Assembly: GCA_017435255.1 (NCBI GenBank)
Contig: JAFSFI010000008.1
Span: 1,765 to 65,764 of the forward strand
Reading direction: 5' to 3'
DNA length: 64,000 bases
From: Bacilli bacterium
Lineage (GTDB): Bacteria > Bacillota_I > Bacilli_A > RF39 > UBA660
Part shown: positions 59,364-64,000 of the stretch, in pieces
Position numbering within the stretch: position 1 is the first letter of the stretch
Layout of the letters: every line of letters starts with the position of its first letter
Notes under the pieces: generated by a model
Seen by the model: the letters and a program-made list of their open reading frames with translations, nothing else
What the model was told of the DNA's origin: nothing
Databases searched by the model: none
Program-made: the position numbers and the translations under genes

Positions 59364-60266
59364 ATGATTACATTGAAAGAATTGAATTTCGTTAATGTAT
59401 GGGCTTCAAAAGCACCTTATCCTGGAGAACAATACGCCGAACAAGCTGCGTTAAAATTAATAAAATCGGTAGAAGCATATGAAAAATTTTATAAAGATAA
59501 AGTATATGACTTTATATTATCGAACGGTGAGCAGTTTGAGTTTGAAGTATTTCCTATGAACTTATGTCATATGTTAGGTATTGATTATAAAATTCTTTCT
59601 TCTAAAAATTATAGCGATTTTAGAAAAGATGTGTTAGGTCTACCAAAAAGTCTTAAGTCTTATGAACTTTTAAAGGCAATAACAGAAAATATTGACGAAG
59701 TTTTAAGGTACGATAGAGAAGAGGCAAAATCTATTTTAAATTATTATAGGATAATGATAAAATGCTCTATTTTTGAAAAAATATCTGATTTTGAGCGATT
59801 TAATTTTGGAGTAATTAATTTTGATAAAGAAGCTTATAAGGAAAGTGTGGGACACACTTATTGTGGGCATGCAGAAAAATTTTTATATGTTCAAAGTAGT
59901 GAACAAACATGTCCGTATTTCATGATGGGTATAATACCTAGTGGTGAAGCAAAAAGTGATTATAGCGATGCTGATGATGTAAGTGACATTAGGAAGTATG
60001 CTGTTGAAACATTAGTTGCACCAACTAATGTTAGGGATTTCTTTAATGGACAAAAGGTTGCAATACCTACGCAAATATTAACCACAACTGCAGAAACAAT
60101 GACCAAAACAGAAGCCACACCAAGTGACAAATTATCTTTGTTGAATCAATATCACGCTATTACTACAGCATATAATATTCCTAACAATATGGATATTTAT
60201 GGTGATTATATATCAACTTTATCTAGTATGGAAAAACCATCTATGTTAATAAAAAAACAATTTTAA
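59364..60266 (+). CDS. Hypothetical 300-aa protein; the N-terminal domain is possibly nuclease-like (PBECR/Barnase-EndoU-type)
   Basis: ATG at 59364 follows GGGGGT. YDFILSNGEQFEFEVFPMNLCHMLGI resembles the strand-strand-HxxG pattern of PBECR-type domains. This is memory-based and weak. Confidence 0.4.
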   Translation: MITLKELNFVNVWASKAPYPGEQYAEQAALKLIKSVEAYEKFYKDKVYDFILSNGEQFEFEVFPMNLCHMLGIDYKILSSKNYSDFRKDVLGLPKSLKSYELLKAITENIDEVLRYDREEAKSILNYYRIMIKCSIFEKISDFERFNFGVINFDKEAYKESVGHTYCGHAEKFLYVQSSEQTCPYFMMGIIPSGEAKSDYSDADDVSDIRKYAVETLVAPTNVRDFFNGQKVAIPTQILTTTAETMTKTEATPSDKLSLLNQYHAITTAYNIPNNMDIYGDYISTLSSMEKPSMLIKKQF

Positions 60267-60353
60267 GATTTTGCTTTGTGGGACTTATCTTGACAAAAAT
60301 AATCATTTTTGATAAAATATTTAACTGTCACGTGAAATAAGAGGTGTTAGAAG

Positions 60354-61046
60354 ATGTTTTATGATGAGGCAAAAGCCATAAAAGCGTGTGAAGAAGAACC
60401 TTCCCTGATATTTGAGCTTATCAGAGAAGAACATTTTGAACTAGTTGATTTTTTGTTAACTAAAGGAAAAGTAGATATTAATATATGTGATGAGCTTGGA
60501 AATAATGTTCTAGTGAGACTCCTTAAAAAAGGTCAATATGAACTGGTTCTAAAACATATGAAAAATAAAAAATGGGATGTTAACCATCAAAATAATGAAG
60601 GTAATACATTTGCTCATATCTTAGTACTTTATAACTATGTAAATGTACTAGAGATAATTAATGGTTTAAAGAAAAATAAAAACTTTATGCCAAATATAAA
60701 GAATAATAAAGGGGAGACCATTCTTGACAAATCTATTAACAATAATTACATTTATACAACAATTAAAATCCTTGAAGATAAGAGATTTAATGACATTGAT
60801 ATAGTTTCATTTAAAAATTTATATGATACATATATTAAAACTAATAATTATGGTAAATATACTAAATTAACTAATTTACAAATTATAATGGATAATTTAG
60901 AAGAAAAAACATTATTACCTAATATGAAAAAGTTAGTTAATATGGTAAAAGCTAATTATGATGTTATTAAAGAAGAGGTTATTCATAATAAAACAAATGA
61001 ACTTGATAATATAATTAGTAATGTATTATTAGAAAGTAGAGCATAA
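60354..61046 (+). CDS. Ankyrin-repeat protein
   Basis: Repeats of the G-N-T/N-hydrophobic-LH/A type: ELGNNVLVRLLKKGQYELVLKHM, NEGNTFAHILVLYNYVNVLEII, NKGETILDKSINNNYIYTTIKIL. Confidence 0.65.
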   Translation: MFYDEAKAIKACEEEPSLIFELIREEHFELVDFLLTKGKVDINICDELGNNVLVRLLKKGQYELVLKHMKNKKWDVNHQNNEGNTFAHILVLYNYVNVLEIINGLKKNKNFMPNIKNNKGETILDKSINNNYIYTTIKILEDKRFNDIDIVSFKNLYDTYIKTNNYGKYTKLTNLQIIMDNLEEKTLLPNMKKLVNMVKANYDVIKEEVIHNKTNELDNIISNVLLESRA

Positions 61047-61106
61047 GTTCTACTTTTTATTTTGGGTTTTTTGTTATATAATATTTTAGGAAATGAGGGG
61101 AAGTAT

Positions 61107-62519
61107 ATGAATTTACCAGATTATGTTGAAGCTAGACGTAGAACAAAGAGTAAAGTAGATATAGAGATGTATAGTAATGATATAAAGGGAATAGGAATAG
61201 GTAAAACATATCATATCAAAACATATGGATGTCAGATGAATGAACATGATAGTGAGAATATTAAAGCTATTTTAGAAGAATTAGGTTTTACTTATTGTGA
61301 AGATTACGAGTCTAGTGATTTAGTTCTTTTAAATACTTGTTCTATTAGGGAAAATGCACATAATAAAGCTTTTGGTATGTTAGGAAGACTTAAGCATTTA
61401 AAAGAGTCTTCTAACCCTAACTTAATAGTAGGTCTTTGTGGTTGTATGGCCCAAGAAGAAGGTGTTGTAAAAGAAATAATCTCCAAATATAAATGGGTTA
61501 ATTTTGTATTTGGAACTCATAATTTACATAGGCTTCCATATTTGCTAAACGAGAATTTTAAGAGCAATAAATCTGAGATAGAAGTATTTAGTTATGAGGG
61601 AAATATAATTGAAGGAATGCCTGTTAAAAGAGATAGTAAGTATAAAGCGTTTGTAAATATTATTTATGGTTGCGATAAGTTTTGTACTTATTGTATAGTT
61701 CCTTTTACTAGAGGAAAACAAAGAAGTAGATTAAAAGAAGATATTATTTCAGAAGTGGAACAATTAGTTCGTGATGGTTACCAAGAAGTAACTCTTTTGG
61801 GGCAAAATGTTAATGCTTATGGTAAGGATTTAGAACTTGGTTATGGAATGGAAGAACTACTTGAAGAAGTAAGTAAGACTAATATTCCTAGAATACGTTT
61901 TGTAACTAGTCATCCATGGGATTTTACTGATGGAATGATTGATGTTATAGCTAAACACAAAAATATTATGCCGGCAATTCATTTACCAGTTCAATCAGGT
62001 TCATCTAGTGTATTAAAATTAATGGGAAGACGATATAGTAAAGAAGATTATTTAACTTTATTTAGTAAAATAAAAGAAAAAATTCCTAATGTTAGTATTT
62101 CTACAGATATAATTGTAGGTTTCCCAAGCGAGACGGAAGAAGACTTTAAAGAGACAGTTGAACTTTGTCATTTCTGTAAATTTGATAATGCGTTTACATT
62201 TATATATTCTCCAAGAGAAAATACAGCTGCGGCCAAGTTAAAAGATGATACCCCATTACGTGTAAAAGAGCAGAGATTAAATCAACTTAACGATGTTGTT
62301 AATAAATACTTTTTGGAGAATAATAAAAAGTTAATTGGTGAATATGTTCCCGTATTAGTTGAAGGAATAAGTGATAAGAAAAATGAATTATATGGATATA
62401 CTGACACTAATAAGTTAATTAATTTTAAAGGTGATGAATCACTAATTGGTAAAATTGTTCGTGTAAAAGTTACTGATGCTAAAACATGGAGTTTAGATGG
62501 AGAACTAGATGAGAGATAA
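61107..62519 (+). CDS. miaB: tRNA-2-methylthio-N6-dimethylallyladenosine synthase MiaB
   Basis: UPF0004 domain (IKTYGCQMNEHDSE, LNTCSIRENA). Radical-SAM CxxxCxxC (GCDKFCTYCIVP). C-terminal TRAM domain. ATG at 61107 follows GAGGGG. Confidence 0.93.
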   Translation: MNLPDYVEARRRTKSKVDIEMYSNDIKGIGIGKTYHIKTYGCQMNEHDSENIKAILEELGFTYCEDYESSDLVLLNTCSIRENAHNKAFGMLGRLKHLKESSNPNLIVGLCGCMAQEEGVVKEIISKYKWVNFVFGTHNLHRLPYLLNENFKSNKSEIEVFSYEGNIIEGMPVKRDSKYKAFVNIIYGCDKFCTYCIVPFTRGKQRSRLKEDIISEVEQLVRDGYQEVTLLGQNVNAYGKDLELGYGMEELLEEVSKTNIPRIRFVTSHPWDFTDGMIDVIAKHKNIMPAIHLPVQSGSSSVLKLMGRRYSKEDYLTLFSKIKEKIPNVSISTDIIVGFPSETEEDFKETVELCHFCKFDNAFTFIYSPRENTAAAKLKDDTPLRVKEQRLNQLNDVVNKYFLENNKKLIGEYVPVLVEGISDKKNELYGYTDTNKLINFKGDESLIGKIVRVKVTDAKTWSLDGELDER

Positions 62520-62847
62520 AATTCTAAATAAAGTTGATGAAATCATAGATATTATAAGAAATAGTGAAGAGTATTATAAATATATAGAAATATCTAATAA
62601 ATTAAAAGAACACGAAGAAATTATGGGTTTAATAGATGATGTTAAATCTTTACAAAAGAGATTGGTAAAAGAAGAATCATTAAATCTGGATATTAGTTAT
62701 ATAGATAAAGAAATAAATCAAAAACTAGCACTATTAGAAGCATATCCAATCTATTTAGAGTATATTGAGTTGCAAGAAAGCCTAGATCATAGTATAGGAA
62801 TAGTAAAAGATGGAATAGAAAAATATATAAATAATATTACTAATTAA
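62509..62847 (+). CDS. YlbF/YmcA (RicA/RicF)-family protein
   Basis: 112-aa helical protein overlapping the miaB stop. Same position as B. subtilis ymcA downstream of ymcB/miaB. The pattern is consistent with the family. Confidence 0.55.
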   Translation: MRDKILNKVDEIIDIIRNSEEYYKYIEISNKLKEHEEIMGLIDDVKSLQKRLVKEESLNLDISYIDKEINQKLALLEAYPIYLEYIELQESLDHSIGIVKDGIEKYINNITN

Positions 62848-62856
62848 GAGGTTGTT

Positions 62857-63735
62857 ATGAATGGAATATTATTAGTAAATAAAGAAAAAGATATGACTAG
62901 TCGTGATGTAGTTAATATCTTAAGTAAAAAATTTGATACTGGACGTGTTGGTCATACTGGAACACTTGATCCTATTGCTACAGGTATAATGGGAATTGCT
63001 ATTAATGATGGATTAAAAATAGTGGATTTTCTTATTAGTGATTCTAAAGAGTATATTGCAACAGTAAAGATTGGATTAGATACTGATACATTAGATATAA
63101 CTGGAAACATATTAGAAGAAGTAGAAAACTTTTCTATTAGTAAAGAAGAAATAGAGGAAGCGTTAAATAGTTTCTTAGGCAAAAGTATACAAGAAGTCCC
63201 TATCTATTCAGCGTTAAAGGTAAATGGTAAAAGACTTTATGAATATGCAAGAGAAAATATTAAAGTTGAACTTCCTAAAAGAGAGATAGAGGTTTTTGAT
63301 ATTGAGTTATTAGAATTTAATAATAATGAGTTTAAATTCAAAGTACATGTTAGTAAAGGAACTTATATTAGAAGTTTAATTAGGGATATTGGTAAAAAGA
63401 TAAATATCCCTTGCGTTATGAAAGATTTACAAAGAACAAAACAGGGTAATTTTAAAATAGAAAATAGTTATACTTTAGAAGAAATAAAAAATGATAAATA
63501 TAAGTTTATTTCTATTAAAGATGCTTTGGACGGATATAAATTTATAGAAGTAAATAGTTATATAGAAAATAAAATAAGAAATGGTAGAATACTTGAAAAT
63601 AGATATGATGAAGAATTTATTGTATTTATTAATTCTAGTGATGAAGTACTAGCAATTTATAAAGTTTACGAAAAAGACAAAACAAAAATAAAACCCATTA
63701 AAGTAATAAGTGGTGTTAAACAAAAATATGTGTAG
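62857..63735 (+). CDS. truB: tRNA pseudouridine55 synthase TruB
   Basis: GILLVNKEKDMTSRDVV, the catalytic Asp motif VGHTGTLDPIATG, YSALKVNGKRLYEYAR, and GTYIRSL. Confidence 0.95.
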   Translation: MNGILLVNKEKDMTSRDVVNILSKKFDTGRVGHTGTLDPIATGIMGIAINDGLKIVDFLISDSKEYIATVKIGLDTDTLDITGNILEEVENFSISKEEIEEALNSFLGKSIQEVPIYSALKVNGKRLYEYARENIKVELPKREIEVFDIELLEFNNNEFKFKVHVSKGTYIRSLIRDIGKKINIPCVMKDLQRTKQGNFKIENSYTLEEIKNDKYKFISIKDALDGYKFIEVNSYIENKIRNGRILENRYDEEFIVFINSSDEVLAIYKVYEKDKTKIKPIKVISGVKQKYV

Positions 63736-63811
63736 TGTTATACCTCATGAAGTTAATTATGAATATAGAAATATATTCTTTTTTTTGTTATAATCTTTAT
63801 GGGAGGTACTT

Positions 63812-64000
63812 ATGAATACATATATTATTGAATCTAGTGACTATGTAGTTATTAATTCTAGAATTAAAGATATTTTGAAAAAGCACAATTTGACTAGTGA
63901 TATGATTATTAAATATGATTTATTAGAAACTCCTATAAGCGTTGCTATAGAAGATTTAGATACATATAATTTTCTATTAAGTAATAAGGTAGTTGTATGT
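63812..64000 (+). CDS. holA: 5' part of a probable DNA polymerase III delta subunit gene (runs off the window)
   Basis: RBS GGGAGG. MNTYIIESSDYVVINSRIKDIL...YDLLETPISVAIEDLDTYNFLLSNKVVV resembles the HolA N-terminal domain. Only 63 codons are visible. Confidence 0.4.
   Translation, partial: MNTYIIESSDYVVINSRIKDILKKHNLTSDMIIKYDLLETPISVAIEDLDTYNFLLSNKVVVC

Overview
AT-rich Bacillota chromosome, probably a spore-forming Erysipelotrichia- or Clostridia-like organism; the taxon is a guess from gene content only. Nearly all genes are on the + strand. Positions 1 to about 10.9 kb are the right arm of an integrative conjugative element (ICE): a type IV coupling protein, an XRE regulator, a 2094-aa methylase/SNF2 helicase and a terminal large serine recombinase. 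The ICE ends directly against a 5'-truncated cotE (spore coat morphogenetic protein) reading frame, so a sporulation gene appears to be split by the ICE. The rest is core chromosome: fmt, tRNA-Ile, ftsA-ftsZ, rpsO-pnp, smc, T-box-thrS, mraZ-rsmH-ftsL-pbp, tRNA-Lys, tRNA-Ser, miaB-ymcA-like-truBholA. Accessory loci are interleaved with it. The most notable ones are listed here. (a) A class II bacteriocin locus at 19.2-22.2 kb, with a C39-ABC exporter and two double-glycine-leader peptide genes plus a small membrane ORF, all absent from the ORF track. (b) A compact transcription unit at 35.2-35.45 kb encoding a 27-aa hydrophobic peptide, closed by a 24-bp 5'-3' helix with an SD-sequestering element; it looks like a type I toxin mRNA. 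(c) A four-gene operon of unknown function at 28.4-32.2 kb, containing a RelE/Gp49-like C-terminal domain on a long protein, a small HTH protein, mTERF-like helical-repeat proteins and an A6-tract frameshift. (d) A hybrid histidine kinase whose phospho-acceptor His is replaced by Gln. (e) An orphan Dam methylase. (f) A possible nuclease-like protein paired with an ankyrin-repeat protein. No CRISPR array or rRNA was seen. All homology statements rest on recognised motifs and memory of family sequences, not on database searches.
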